A stretch of 64,000 bases of DNA from Utricularia gibba (taxonomy: Eukaryota; Plantae; Magnoliophyta): positions 310,001-374,000 of the forward strand of contig NEEC01000015.1 of assembly GCA_002189035.1 (NCBI GenBank), written 5' to 3'. The translations under genes and the position numbers were made by a program. Shown in pieces: positions 1 to 14,097 of this stretch. The first letter of the stretch is position 1. Every line of letters begins with the position of its first letter. The notes beneath the pieces are model-generated. The model worked only from the letters and a program-made list of their open reading frames with translations. It did not search any database and had not been told where the DNA came from.

Positions 1-57
1 CAAAACATCGTTTTGTAGTGTTTTCTGTTTTCATGTACATATCCCTTCTACCTCCAG

Positions 58-3000
58 GTGATAAATGATTTGCTAGACCCCACTGGCCAGAATCTGCGTG
101 TGAGAGAGGATGCACAGGTTATTTTCTACTTGCAATTTGTCTTGACATCTAGGCCGTTTTGATTCTGATTCCTATATGTCTACAGGGAACATACGTTGAA
201 GGCATTAAGGAAGAAGTCGTTTTGTCCCCAGGGCATGCTCTATCATTTATTGCTTCAGGGGAAGGTAATATTTCATGAGTTTTGGTTCTTTCGTTCGTTC
301 ATATAAATGTACTCACCGATCCCATAATAAAATAAAACTGAAGTTCTTTGATAGGTGACTGTTCTATGCATTTGCTCTACCATGTTTCATGACCTCTAAA
401 GAATTTTGTAACAACCCTTGATCTTTGCAGAGCATCGGCATGTTGGATCAAATAATTTCAACCTATTCAGCAGCCGTAGCCATACCATATTCACTTTGGT
501 ACGTAGAGCATGTTTTATATATTCACTGATAAATAACAGAGATGGGCATGGTGTGCTTTAGCTTAATTACCATATGCTTGAAATCAGTGGTCCTCATAAA
601 AAATATTTCTTTCATCCTTTTAGCAGTTTTTATGTTGTTGATAAATGTTGGTTGGCTTCGCCATCTGGTGTGTTGCAATTTTTTTCCTCTTTAAAGGGTA
701 TATGTGAAGGGATTGAAAAATAAAGTGAAGATTTTGAAATGAGTTTTATTTCGAATTCCATGATAAAGGCTCATTGGCATTGACATTGCATGCGTGTAAC
801 GTGCTTTTGAGAGGTGAGATTTTGTTGAACCTTGAAATTGCCTTCACACAGGGAGTAATTGTTTTAAATGATGTATTCTTTTCGGTAAACTCATAGCCCT
901 TGGTATTTTCAAGTTTGTTGGTTATCTTGACACATTCTCATTATCTTACTAAAATATCCTATACCACAACCTCCTTTCCTTTTGGAATAATTGCAATCGC
1001 AGCCTTGATTATTCTTGTTGTTTTTAGAGCCCTTCTGACATTTAAACTCGCTTGCTTTAGATGATAGAGAGTAGTGCACATGGGGATGATTATGATGGAG
1101 TGACGTTTTCACAACTGGTAATTATTATTATTATTTTCTCGTCATCTGGAATTGTTGGCAGTGATTGTTAGCAGAATTGCAGAACATAAATTTTTGGCTT
1201 ATACCAGCTCTCTGTATGCAGAACCTGATTGACTTAGCAGGATCCGAAAGTTCTAAAACTGAAACAATTGGCTTGAGAAGAAAGGAAGGATCATACATCA
1301 ATAAAAGTCTGCTGACGCTTGGCACTGTTAGTGATTTGAACATGCTCTGAATGCTCTGCGTTTATTTCCACTCTGCACACTTACGTGATTATATTTTATT
1401 TATATTGTATCCCACCCTCCTGTAACTTGTGAATTGTCTGATAATTAGGTTATTGGGAAGCTTAGTGAAGGAAAAGCATCCCACATTCCTTATCGGGATT
1501 CTAAACTTACACGGCTTTTGCAATCTTCTCTAAGCGGGCATGGTCATGTTTCGGTGAGCAATGAGAGCTCATCTTTCTCTTTGCACAGTTTGTTATTGAG
1601 TTGGCGACTGTCTGTTTGTTGTGTTGCACATATGACTTACCGAAGCAATATTCTTATCCTGTCAGCTTATTTGTACGATTACTCCAGCATCAAGCAACAT
1701 GGAGGAAACGCATAATACTTTAAAATTTGCCAACAGAGCAAAATGCGTGGAAATTTATGCATCACGCAATAGAGTGAGATTCTTTCAATTTTTAATTCAA
1801 GTGTTCAAAACTGTAAAAGGAGCTGCACTGAATGATACTCATTTCAGATAATTGACGAGAAATCATTGATCAAAAAGTATCAAAAGGAAATTTCATGCCT
1901 TAAAGCAGAGCTTGATCAACTCAAAAGGGGAATGCTTGCTGGTGCCAGCCAAGAGGAAATTATGGTCTTGAGGCAGCAGGTTTGGCTCTCTTATTTTGAT
2001 TTTATATGGAAGTTGAAATGCTTGAGAGTGTTCATCAAGAAGCTATGACCGTATTTCCATTCATTGTTGACATATGCGGCGCACATATTGTGAAGGCTGA
2101 CTTAGATTTTGATCTACTTTCCTTAAAGTTGGAAGAAGGGCAAGTAAAAATGCAGTCGAGACTGGAGGAAGAGGAAGAAGCCAAGGCTGCTTTAATGAGC
2201 AGAATTCAAAGATTGACAAAATTGATTCTAGTTTCTTCTAAAAGTAGATTACCTGGATATGGAATCGAGATGTCAGGTCATCAGAGAGGTCACTTAGCCT
2301 CTAAAGATAATGCAAGTTCTTTCTCCTGGTTCTTAATTTATTACCAGTTTGAGTTTCGGTTCTTTTATTCACTACTCCCTTATTATCTCATTAAACAGAA
2401 ATTGGATTCTCTGCACAATGGCTCCTTGACACTGGACAGTGAAAATTTGAAAGATTCTCCTTCTTCTGTGTTAACTGTTACCTCTGAAGCCACTGACTAT
2501 AAACATCGGCGGTCATATAGCAAGTGGAATGATGCCAAATCACAGGCTGGTAGCACCATAACAGAATCTAGTCATGCAGGGGAACGTATTAGTGATTCTT
2601 CCTTTGTGTCAAAGATGCAAATTGTAGGCCCTAGATCTTTTTCCCTCAAAATTTTCTCCCTTAACCTTTTAACATTCTTATTCAGTCATCATTATAGGCT
2701 GGTGGATTCTCAAGTATTTGATTCTATATTTGTTTTTGGGTTGTAGGATTGTGTGTCATTTTCAGATCAGGTGGACCTCCTATCTGAGCAAGTCAAGATG
2801 CTTAATGGTGAAATTGCATTGAGCAATAGCGCAATGAAGCGTTTGCTCGAACAGTCAGTTGATGATCCTGAAAGCTCAAGGCCTCAGGTTCTAGACATGG
2901 CTTCTCTCTGTTTTTGGATATCGAAATCATGCTATGTCAACTTGTTAGTTTTCCAGTTCTCTAGTAACCTAGAAAGGGAAAAAAACTGTAGAGCCTCTTT

Positions 3001-5041
3001 TCTGAATCCTGGCTTATTCATTTAACTTTTGGTGTGCGTAATGTTGCGCTCTTATTCTCTATTTGCTATAATGTTTTAGTTTTCTCCACTATATTACTAG
3101 CATATTCATTACATACGAATATGCATTTGCAGATAGAAAGCTTGGAGTATGAAATAAATGAAAAGAAAAAACAGATGAGTATATTAGAGCAGCGTATAGT
3201 TGAGTGTCGTGAAGCTTCTATTGCGAATGCATCTCTGGTTGAAATGCAACAGGTGATGTTATATTCAAAACGGTTCTCTAGACCTCCCCTTTCTACGTCA
3301 GTATTAGAAGGCTTTTGTACCACGCATTAAGGTTTTCTTTTCTCCTGTCCTGGCAGACTGTCATGAAGTTGATGGCGGAGTGTAGTGAAAAGGACTTCGA
3401 ACTCGAGGTTTCTATATGTGTTCCTTCTTGCAGCATCTTGTCTTTCCATTTCTCAGTTGTTCATGTTCACCATATTGGATTCTATGCTGCAGATTAAAAC
3501 AGCTGACAACCGTATACTTCAGGAGCAACTAGAGAACAAGGTAATTTTCGTAAAAAGAATATTTACAGGCCAATATTCATTTAGTCAAAAGTGCGGTACA
3601 ACACACTTCCTATTTTATATGATTGAAATCCTGGGCAGTGTTCTGAGAACAAGGGGTTACAAGAAAAAGTTGTCTGCCTTGAGCAGCAGCTGGCTTCATC
3701 TTGTGGTGATAAGATGTCAGCTAATCCTGAAACGAGCCTGTCTAGTGAATATGCTGACGAGTTGAGAAGGAAAATTCAGTCTCAGGCAATACTTCCCTTC
3801 TCCCCCTACACGCACGCACGCGCACACACTTCTGTGGAATCCGTACGAATTTGTGGTCTACACTATGAGTCGTGCATTTAAGTTTGATGGAGTAGGGAGA
3901 CTTTGATACAAGTTTTTGCATGCCTGCTGTCTGGAGAGCTGAAACTGTTTCTCTAAGCAGGAATTAGAGAATGAAAAGTTGAAGCAAGAACTTGTTCATG
4001 TTTTGGAGGAGAATAGTGGATTACGTGTACAAAAACAGAAATTATCCGAGGAAGCTTCTTATGCTAAGGAGTTAGCATCTGCAGCTGCAGTCGAGCTGAA
4101 GAATTTGGCTGCTGAAGTTACTAAACTGTCACTTCTGAATAGTAAACTGGAAAAGGAACTGCAGGCTGCCAAGGAAGTGAATTCAAGAAACACCACCATC
4201 CGTAAGCACGTTGACTTCCAAAGGCCCCACCGAGGCTGGGATTCAGGAATGGTCAATGATGAGTTTCACTCTTGGAACCTTGATTATGATGATCTGAAAT
4301 TGGAATTGCAAGCTCGCAAACAACGGGAAGCTATGCTTGAGGCTGCTCTTGCTGAAAAGGACATTTTGGAAGATGATTACCGGAAAAAGTTCGAGGAAGG
4401 AAGGAAGCGGGAGGCTTCACTGGAGAATGATCTGGCGAACATGTGGGTGCTTGTGGCACAACTTAAAAAAGAAGTGAACATAATGCAAGATCAGAAGATC
4501 AACAAGAGATATACAGAGGCTACGGACCAGAAAATCAAGCCATTAGTTGCCAATGGTTCCATGGATCCACTGCCTGAAGATCTTCAAATTTTGAATAATT
4601 CAACACCAACTTCCCATGTTTCAAAAGATGAGCCTTTAGTTGTCCGGCTGAAGGTAAAATCATCGTTCATTGGAGGTTACGCTCGAGCTCTTTCAATATC
4701 TAAAATTGTTTTGGTCCATGTTCTGCTAAAGAAAACCCTTTGCCCTTGTTCTTAGGCAAGGATGCATGAGATGAAGGAGAAAGAACTGAAGCACGCCAAA
4801 AATGGAGATGGAAACTCCCATCATGTTTGCAAAGTATGTTTCGAATCGCCCGCTTCCGCAATGCTTCTTCCATGTCGCCATTTTTGCTGTAAGTCATCAA
4901 GCCTACCCATCTCTTTACTGCCAAGTCATTCCCCAGATTCTTAATCTCTCTCTTTCAGTGTGCAAGTCTTGCTCCCTTGCATGCTCGGAATGCCCACTCT
5001 GCCGAACAGAGATCACAGATCGGATTTTCGCCTTCAGCTGA
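58..5041 (+). CDS. KIN7: Kinesin-7 (CENP-E-like, KIN7D/KIN7M type) with C-terminal RING finger; multi-exon, 5' part outside window
   Basis: Hand-spliced exons give [20 protein letters not shown] (58-117), [19 protein letters not shown], switch I SSRSHTIF, switch [23 protein letters not shown] and [14 protein letters not shown]. These are followed by a coiled coil and the RING CKVCFE...[24 protein letters not shown]; stop at 5041. Confidence 0.95.
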
Positions 5042-6108
5042 ATCACAGATGAAGATGGTGAGAACGTTTTGGAAAGAGGCCACTCATCACCCATAACTAG
5101 AACTAACAACTACCAAACACGCTGTGTTTATGCGGTTCTTGCAGGGAATAAATCTGCTGCTGGGACCATTCTTTCTGCGAACGCCTGCTTCTCGTTTTCT
5201 GGAGTGGCAGGTGCGCGCCATTCTTTCATATGTTAAGAAGTGAAAGCATAGTTACCTACACTGTACATTCCTGTTCTGTATTAAAGCGTAACCAACCTGT
5301 ACATGGGCTTTCCTGCTCTCCCGGTTTCTGTAGTTTTCAGCAAGGTCCCAAGGACCGTAGAAAAATCTCAACAGGCAGACAGACCAACCAATGAATAATT
5401 AGAGCGGTATTGACGGGAATGGTGAATTATTGGCTATCGGGAACTTTAATAGGCAGGTAAGTGAAGCAATGTGCATTTATATGCAATCGTCCCTTTTAAT
5501 GGTATTATAATTTCTTGAATTATCCATCAATTTAACAGCGCGAGTAATAATACATCAGAATTATTGATTGGCTGTCCGGACACCTTATAAAAAAAAAAGA
5601 AAGAAAACAATAAATGCTAAAAAAGCTACCCGTAGAAACAAATCCAACACATAACCGAAAGTTCAAAGGCCAGCGGGAGGGATTTTTCTTGGAAACGGTG
5701 CTGCATAATTCCGAAATGTGGGACCCAATCTAGCGGTTACCTCCAACCACGGAGCATTTACCAGCTATGATGAAAAGAAGTGAAGTGCTCTTTTCCTTTT
5801 ATGTTCGCCTTCGTCCTTTTCTTCTTCGCCAAGATCTGTTCGACGAGGAAGTGGTCTCTGGAGATCTCCGGTGCTCACATTCCGCTGGTTTCCGAGGTGA
5901 TCTATTTTGAAACCAGAGTGTTGATGAGTGTAACAGTGGGTTCGGGTTGGGTTTGATTGCCTTGATTCATGAGTTCGTGCAGGATTCTGGATTTACAGTC
6001 TTTGATCCGCGTCGATTGTTTTGCATTTTGATTGTTTTTTGATTTGTGTAGGGTTTTGAAATGTACTCAACTTTGTTTCAGGGAGAATAAATTGGTCCTG
6101 ATCGAGGG

Positions 6109-8250
6109 ATGGGTAGAAAAAATGGCGGTTGGTTGTCTAGAGTTAAGAGGGCCTTTACGCGCAGAAGTTTCAGGGATAGGAGAGCTGAGGTTCGTCGATT
6201 TGATAACTTTTTATATCGGTTTTGTTCGTTTTATAATCCACAGAAGGGGCTTCGTTTGTTACAGAAGACGAATAAATCCGATAAAAAATCTGTTGGAAAC
6301 GAAAACGCATCAGTTACACCGACTCCAGATCTGGTCCCTGAACTGCCTAATCCTCCTCGTGTACTACCATTGGAAGAAGTGAATCTGATTGAAACGGAGA
6401 ATGATCGTGCTAATCATGCTTACTCTGTTGCAATAGCAGCAGCAGAAGCTGCGGCTGTTGCTGCACAGGCTGCTTCTATGGCGTCTCAGTATGTTACATT
6501 TACTCACGTCTCGGCGAAATCAAAGGCTGATACCGCTGCAGTCAGAATCCAAACTGCATTCCGTGGTTACCTTGTATGCTCTTACTATACTACAGTGTTC
6601 CTTTATTTTTGCTCCGCATAGAAATATTTTCTAGCCACATTGAGATAAGAATAGTAGTGTCTTGGGTAGTAGCATGTTGGGCGTTTCCGGAATTAGAAGG
6701 TATTTGATAATGCTCTGCATTTAGGTATGCGGACCTTTGGGTCTTACGAATGAACTTTGGGACTTTTGAATAGGAAAAGGTTTTAAATCTAGGTAAACTG
6801 GAAGTTGAATCCGATTATATGAATTTCTTTCATTGATTTCTAAACATCTTTATGTATTAATATTATCAGGCAAGAAGGGCATTTCGAGGTTTAAGGGGGC
6901 TTGTGAGACTGAAGACATTCATTGATGGGCCAATTGTGAAGCGCCAGACGTCAAGCACATTGAAACGCATGCAGGCTCTGTCTCATGTGCAGTCTCAGAT
7001 TCAGTCAAGAAGAGCTCGCGTGTTGGAGGAGAACAGGGCCCTTCAGAGACAGCTCCTGCAGAAACGAGCTCAAGAGATGGAGAGCTTGAGGGTTAGTTCT
7101 ATGCCACATGCACTTTCTCCCCTTCTTTTTCTTTTTTTATGCATGTAGGCATCTGGTTAATAACTGGATTGGGTTTTACTGGCTTTGAACATCAGAAAAC
7201 GTGCATGGATCTTAGGAACTGTAAAAGTTTGAATGAGATTAAATTCATAACAGTTTTTTCCTTGGAGGGCTAAAATATAAAAGTTTGAGATATCTAAACG
7301 AGAACCCTACGGCCAAAAGAGGGTACTTCGACGATGATGTTGCTGTTTACCTGTCTCTCTTTTCCAGATTGGTGAGGAATGGGATGATAGTTTGCAGTCC
7401 AAGGAGAGGATTGAGGAGAACTTGCTGCACAAGTACGAAGCTGCAATGAGGCGTGAAAGGGCTCTTGCTTATTCTTACACCCACCAGGTACATCAAGAGT
7501 TCTCTTTTGTTGCACCTCTGCCCTATAGTTTATAGCAGACATAAATTTCTTATTCTACGAATAAATCAATTTCAGAACAATGTGATGCTTGATCACCTCG
7601 TTTTGCCCCTATTTTGATATGATGTCTTTGGTGAACAGCAAACATGGAAGAAATCTACAAAACAAACCAGCTTGTTGTTCATGGACCCAACGAATCCGCA
7701 GTGGGGCTGGAGTTGGCTTGAAAGATGGATGGCTTCCCAACCAAACGAGACAAGGAAAGATATTCCAGAGAAGGAGCTGAGCGCTGGGGACATCACCAAG
7801 TCTTTTGCTCGTTATCACTTAAACTCCGACAACAACCATCCATCTTCTCCTGCAACTCCGACTACAAAGATAGCTTCTTCATCCTCAAGAAAGGCAAAGA
7901 GTGGCAGCGGCTCAAAAAGCAAACAGACAATTCAAGATGACGACTCAAGAAGCACTTTCAGCGCTCAATCATCTAAGAACACCAGGAGGCACACCATTGC
8001 TGGATCATCCATTGGAGATGATGAAAGTTTAGCTAGCTCTCCTTCCATCCCAAGTTACATGGCCCCGACTCGCTCCACGAAGGCAAAGCTGAGTTCTTCC
8101 AGCCCCCTGGGTCCAGAGGATGGTCACCTAGCATCCACTGCTTCTGCTAAGAAACGGCTGTCCTATCCACCATCACCTGGGCGGCTTCGCCGCAGTGGAA
8201 GTTCCTCCACTCCGAGGAAGGTTGAGGCCGTCGGAGTAGGCGCCAACTGA
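6109..8250 (+). CDS. IQD: IQ67-domain calmodulin-binding protein (IQD)
   Basis: ATG 6109 MGRKNGGWLSRVKRAF. IQ motif AAVRIQTAFRGYL|ARRAFRGLRGLVRL is split by the conserved phase-0 intron (6574-6869). Also EEWDDS, RRERALAYS and WGWSWLERWMA motifs and a Ser-rich tail with PSYMAPTRS; stop 8250. Confidence 0.92.
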
Positions 8251-9154
8251 AGCAGGAATGATTACAACACCAAGGTGAGAGCTTCGATAGAAAATTGGAT
8301 TCTTCTTCTGTTTCAGTGACTGAGGGTTTGTACATGAGATACTTCTTCCCAGGTATTCGTCTCCTCTCCCCTTCCTCTCACAGTGTCTAATGAATTTCAT
8401 TCAGCTTCTGGATATCTGTACTCTTGAAGACTTGCAGTGGTAATTTTTTATTTGTGAATTAAATTTGACAGCTGCATCCATTACTGTGTAAATTAATAAA
8501 CTAAAAAAATGCAATAACTTTGACCAGACGTGTAAAATGTAATTGCCATTATTATAAAATTATTATCGAAATATGGAGTCCCCTTTTTGGTCGCACATGG
8601 CATGGCATCATGGGTTTTCCCCCCATAGGATACTGAGTTCACATGGCATGTGCTGCTAGGCTTGAGATGGAAATAGAAGATGTGTGTGGGCCGCCACGGG
8701 TCAAACCGGCCCACATGGATTCAGCTGGCCCACCCACCTTCAGTCGGATGTGGACGTCAATCTAGCCGTTGGATCTTTATATATTATTATTGTTATTTTA
8801 TTACAAAAAAAACAACAAAATGGCATGGTGGAGTCCCTCTCTCCCCTTCCTCTGCCGGTGGTACAAGGTGCCCTCAGAGGCTGTCCCCTTCTGAATTAAC
8901 TCTGTTGCCGTTACGGGTTCCGATGCATTGAATGCTGTTGGGCCACCCTCGTGATTCGTTTTTATGCCACTGACTTTTCAGGAATCCTTTTTTTCCTTCT
9001 TGTACGCTTCAGAATTCAGAAATTCAGATCAGATCTGCCGAAAGGAAAAGAATTCTCTCGGTTGTTGTGATTTGGATTCCAGCTCCTGTGAATGGGTGAT
9101 GTTTTATTGATTGGATTGAGGTTTTTTGTTGAGTGAAAGGGGGATTTAACTTTT

Positions 9155-12100
9155 ATGGCGGCGCCTGGGCATGTGGATCGATTTGCCAAGGCTTCATTGT
9201 GTAATTTTCTCCGAGTCTGTTTATCTTCATCTTGTTGAGGAGGAGCTATGGATGTTTTAAAAGGTTTTTTGCTTTTTGGATTTGATGTGCGAGTGTAATG
9301 GTGATGAGAAATAGCTAGTTTTGTATACATTTGATGAGGGAGATTGCCTTCATTGATTACTTGTACCTCGTTGTCGTTTTGAAATCGCTGATATTCATTT
9401 TTCTTTCAGAATTTCTGTTCCTTGTTCAGAGAATAGCTTGGCATGTTTAATGTTCCGCTACCTTACCCCCTAATGAAATAGAGAGAAATCTTCATTGGCA
9501 TTGGGGGATGTGGTTCTTCCAGCGCTTTTTACAAGTTGAAATTATCAATCATATGCGTTTTTTCTCCTGCTACCTCATTATGTTTCTCAATGGAGTGAGT
9601 CCTCATGATGATTCACATTACAAACTGCTGCAACAGGCCATGATGGATCCACGAGTAAGGAAGAAAGGAGAGAAAGGAGATCGGATTTTGAGAACTCGGA
9701 AGATGAAAGGAAGACTCGAATTGGTAACTTAAAAAAGAAAGCACTGCATGCGTCATCCAAGTTTAAGCATTCTCTCAAGAAGAAGAATAGGAGAAAGAGC
9801 GACGTGAGAGTAAGCTCGGTTTCCATCGAGGATATCAGGGATGTTGAGGAGCTACAGGCTGTTGACTCATTTCGGCAAGCCTTGATCTTGGATGAACTCC
9901 TCCCTGAAAAGTTTGATGATTACCACATGATGCTGAGGTGAGCAGCCTTAATGCAGTCCTACATTTAATCTTCATTTTTCCTCAACGCTGGGACATATCT
10001 ATGCAGGTTTCTCAAGGCAAGGAGATTCGATATCGAAAGGGCGAAACTCATGTGGGCTGATATGATTCAATGGAGGAAGGATTTTGGCACGGACACCCTT
10101 CCCGAGGTCAAATCCTGGTTTCTTTTTTGTGCTCTATTTTTCTCTTTATTTTCATTATTTGTTCTAAAATTTTATTACTCGTTTCTTTTTTATCATCAGG
10201 AATTTGAATACTCAGAGTTCACTGAGGTTCAGAAGTATTATCCCCATGGCTATCACGGAGTTGATAAAGATGGAAGACCCGTGTACATTGAGAGACTAGG
10301 GAAGTGTGATCCAAACAAACTGATGCAGATCACCACCTTGGACCGTTTTGTGAAATACCATGTCAAGGAATTTGAGAGAACCTTCGCTATTAAGTTTCCT
10401 GCTTGTAGCATTGCTGCCAAGCGACACATTGACTGTAGCCTGACAATCTTGGATGTCCATGGAGTGGTAGGTCATGTTTTTTGATTGCTAAAATCTAAAA
10501 AACTTCTTTTCACTCGATTTCCATGTATGATTAATACTGTCTTGGTTGCATGGTAGGGTTTGAAAAACTTTACGAAGGGTGCACGTGATCTCATTACACA
10601 ACTCCAAAAGATCGATGGAGATAATTATCCTGAAGTGAAGACTTACTCAAATTTGCTTCTTTTTTCCTCTTCCTGTATATGATTTTATGTTTCTAAGGCG
10701 TGTGATTGTGTTACAGACACTCCATCAAATGTACATTGTGAATGCTGGTCCAGGATTCAAGTTTCTATGGAATACGGTTAAGAATTTCATAGATCCCAAG
10801 ACAGCAACTAAGATCCATGTATGTATTTTATTATGTTTCATTCTTAGCCTATTATTTGGAGGAAACACTACTTAAAACTGAACTTGTGCATCAGGTTCTT
10901 GGAACGAAGTACCAAAGCAAGCTACTTGAACTTATTGATGCTAGGTGATGTGCTGGAAGCAATATTATTTTCTTTCATACAACTGGAACATTTTTTTGGT
11001 GCATCTGCTTAATCATGTTGTGTTTGTGTAGTGAACTGCCGGATTTCTTGGGGGGAACATGCACGTGCGCAGAAGAAGGCGGCTGCCTAAGATCTGATAA
11101 AGGACCTTGGAAAAATCAGGAAATCTTAAAGGTTCAGCATTCTCAGCATTCATAAACCCGTGTTATAAAGCATCTTGATGGTTATCAGCCAAGAATGTTG
11201 TTTGTTTGTTTTTTTTTTTTTTTCTAATGAGTTGCTCCACCTCCTGTCATTGCAGTTGGTGCTTAATGGAGAGGCGCGCCATGCCAGGCAGGTTGTTAAG
11301 ATCATCAGCAGTGATGGGAGGATTGTGTATGCCAAGCCTCATTATCCTTTGGTATGTCATTAGTTTCTTTGAGAATTAGTGTGCATATCTTCAGCTTTTG
11401 TGTTTTCTCATGGTTGTTGCTACAGTTAAGAAACAGTGATACATCTACCGCTGAATCTGGTTCTGAAGCTGAAGACATTGTTTCGCCCAAAGCCAGTAGA
11501 AACTACCCTCATTTTCGTTTGACTCCAGTCTGCGAAGAGGTGTTCAATCTTTCAGTTCTATATTTTGATAGGCAGCGTTTGCTGGAATATTGAGCATTTT
11601 TCATCTTCTCCATTGTTTTAGACTCCTATTTGGTTCATGTAGGTTCTCATATACCTACATTTTACTTATTTTTCAGGTGAAATCAATAAACCTATTGGGC
11701 GATTTCCCTGGGTATGATGAGTACGTTCCAATGGTTGACAAACCTGTTGATTCTGTGTGGAAGAAGCGCATGGGACCACAGACACTTGATGCTCCCAAAG
11801 GTTAAGATAACATTGCGCTTATATTTAGTTTGGAAGCTCTGGTTTTTCAAGTTATTTCTGTGTTGTGTCCATTTTTATCAGCAAGGCTCCAGACTCATGT
11901 GTTGCTAACCTAAAAAATTCTTATACTTTTCCGACACAAAGAACAGGACAGTTGTGGTTTCGGTTAGTGAAACTGAAAAAATAAAAGAATCTGTCTTTAC
12001 AATTTGATATTTCCTTCTTCCTGTTGTTGCTGCTGTTTTTTTTTTTTTTTTTTTTTTTTTTTTTGTCTATTCCAAGTGATCTCTGACTTGAGATATCTAA

Positions 12101-12783
12101 GGTGTCTGTATACCATGGCTTTGAACACAGATATGCATGTGTCCCCCAACTCTCAGAAAGCACCAGAAGGGTTGCATGGCCGACTTCTTGCAGCATTCAT
12201 GGCCATTCTCATGACCCTTATGTTGTTTCTCCATTCAATTTTCCAATCCGTTACCGCAAAGCTTCTAGGTTCATCATCAAAGCACAATCAAACAACCAAG
12301 GAGCTTGGTTTTCCAAAGGGCTCGGCCCCTCCCTCCCCATTGCCATCTTTAACTGATAAGGAGATTTTAGCCACGGTTTTGAAACGGTTGAGTGAGCTTG
12401 AAGAGAGGGTGTATACTCTACAAGAAAAGCCACTGCAGATGCCATATGAGAAGGAAGAACTTCTGAATGCTGCAGTTTATAGAGTGGATGCGCTGGAAGC
12501 AGAGTTGATTACCACCAAGAAGGTATGGGATGCATGCCCTGATGAACTTAAGGTGCTGATGATAATCGACTGCTTGCTGACAATTTTAATGACCCCAGGC
12601 GCTACATGAAGCTCTGATGAGGCAGGAAGAGTTGCTCGCTTATATAGACAGTCAAGAAAGCTCTTCATGCCGTGTAAGGCTTCATATGATTCCGTATCAC
12701 TTCTCTCCCATTTGCAATAATACTTTGCTAACGAACTGCGTCCTTCTTTCGATGCACAGAAAAAGAAGTTCTCTTGCTGGTGA
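9155..12783 (+). CDS. SFH: Sec14-like phosphatidylinositol/phosphatidylcholine transfer protein (SFH, Sec14-nodulin type)
   Basis: Micro-exon 9155-9200 [15 protein letters not shown] splices (phase 1) to 9637 ...[28 protein letters not shown] motifs [26 protein letters not shown] and [14 protein letters not shown]; C-terminal [30 protein letters not shown] and tail KKKFSCW* (12760-12783). Confidence 0.92.
12036..12064. repeat. Poly(T)29 tract in an SFH intron
   Basis: Direct count of consecutive T. Confidence 0.9.
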
Positions 12784-13124
12784 AACCGTTCGGCCCCTCT
12801 GTTCCTAACCTCTGTACCCACCACGGTTATTGTAAATTTCATGACTAGAAATTTCCTTGAGCTTTCACCATTATGGATCATGATGCTCTAAGCTTACTGA
12901 GCCTCTCTCCCTCTCTCAGCACACAAAAAGGCTTGCGTTCCAATCATTGTTATCCTCCTACTGATTTTACCTCCAAACAACTGCATATAGGCATGAAACG
13001 CAGCATCACCCCAGACAAGCCTTAGCGAGTGCATATACGGAATTCACCTACGGTTGAGGAGACTTGAATATGCTGTTTCTCATAGTTAAAGATTCACTTG
13101 GTGTCTAGTCAAAAGATGCGCGCA

Positions 13125-13457
13125 TCATACTTTTCTTATAGATGCCATTAAGTGGAATCCGATCTTCATGTCACTATTGCTGCCATTGCTGAGTCCTTGC
13201 CTATGCATTAGGGGAATTGGTACCAGCTCTTTGAAGGGAGGCACCCGAAAAAGGGACCGTAGTAGCTTCACATGGCTTACACGAGAATGCATGTCCTTGT
13301 GTGATGCCTGATGGTGACTCCGTATGGACCCATTCTTCGTAAGGGCTTGGTCTACCAAAGAGCTAATGCCGCCTTCTTTTGACCACTGCTCATGAAAGGG
13401 GCATCGCCACGATGTAGCCTTTTCCCATCCAATGCCAGTTTCACCGGAGGATTTCAT
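13125..13457 (-). CDS. Candidate small orphan protein (110 aa) downstream of a probable 5'-UTR intron
   Basis: ATG ORF of 110 aa. Upstream on the minus strand: donor CAG|GTAAAA (13611), T-rich tract, acceptor TTAAG| (13503). Divergent from the RRM gene across a site II-rich promoter. No recognised homology. Confidence 0.35.
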   Translation of the reverse strand: MKSSGETGIGWEKATSWRCPFHEQWSKEGGISSLVDQALTKNGSIRSHHQASHKDMHSRVSHVKLLRSLFRVPPFKELVPIPLMHRQGLSNGSNSDMKIGFHLMASIRKV

Positions 13458-13933
13458 CTCAATTTCGAACGAAATTCAAGCTCAAGCCAGCAACAACACC
13501 ACCTTAAGGAGATTTTAAAACAAAAAACCAAAAAAATCTGCTGTCATCTCTTCAAGGAAAGTCTCCGATCTATCTACCAGAGAAGAGCGGTAACGAAACC
13601 GCTCATTTTACCTGTCCAGTAATTCAAAGCCTGAGATCTCCCGTCCTGAAAGTTGAATACGCTGCGGAACCAAGAGACCTGATGAGCGACGACGATCGAA
13701 GTAAACGATTCAAGAAAATTCCGGCGGTTTCCACTTCTCAGGTCAACCGGGAGGATACGTGCAATGCAAAGGTGCGTGGGAAAGCAGTACGTCCCCCCTC
13801 CGGTCCGGCGGTACCTGTAACCGCCTCTTCCATTTCTTTTTTATTTTATTTTATTTTTCTAATTCCATGCATTTCCATATCCAAAACTCCGCCGAAATGT
13901 TGGAACACGAAAAGGAAGGAAGCTGTGCCCGTA

Positions 13934-14097
13934 GGGCCCACCCCTCGTGATCCACTAGGCCACGTTTCACGTGAACCCATGGGTATGCTTTGTCCGCAGT
14001 GGCCGAACATATTGGGCCTTGTCGTGTTTCTTAAAAGCCCATATATGTTTAAAGCCCAATCATCACAGCAGATTATAGTATAAAAAAGATTTGGGCC
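13934..14097. promoter_or_regulatory. Cluster of site II (TGGGCY/GGCCCA-like) elements in a short, probably bidirectional promoter
   Basis: GGGCCCA at 13934, TGGGCC near 14013 and at 14092, two AAGCCCA at ~14035-14057; TATAAAAA near 14080 ahead of the RRM gene leader. Confidence 0.5.
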
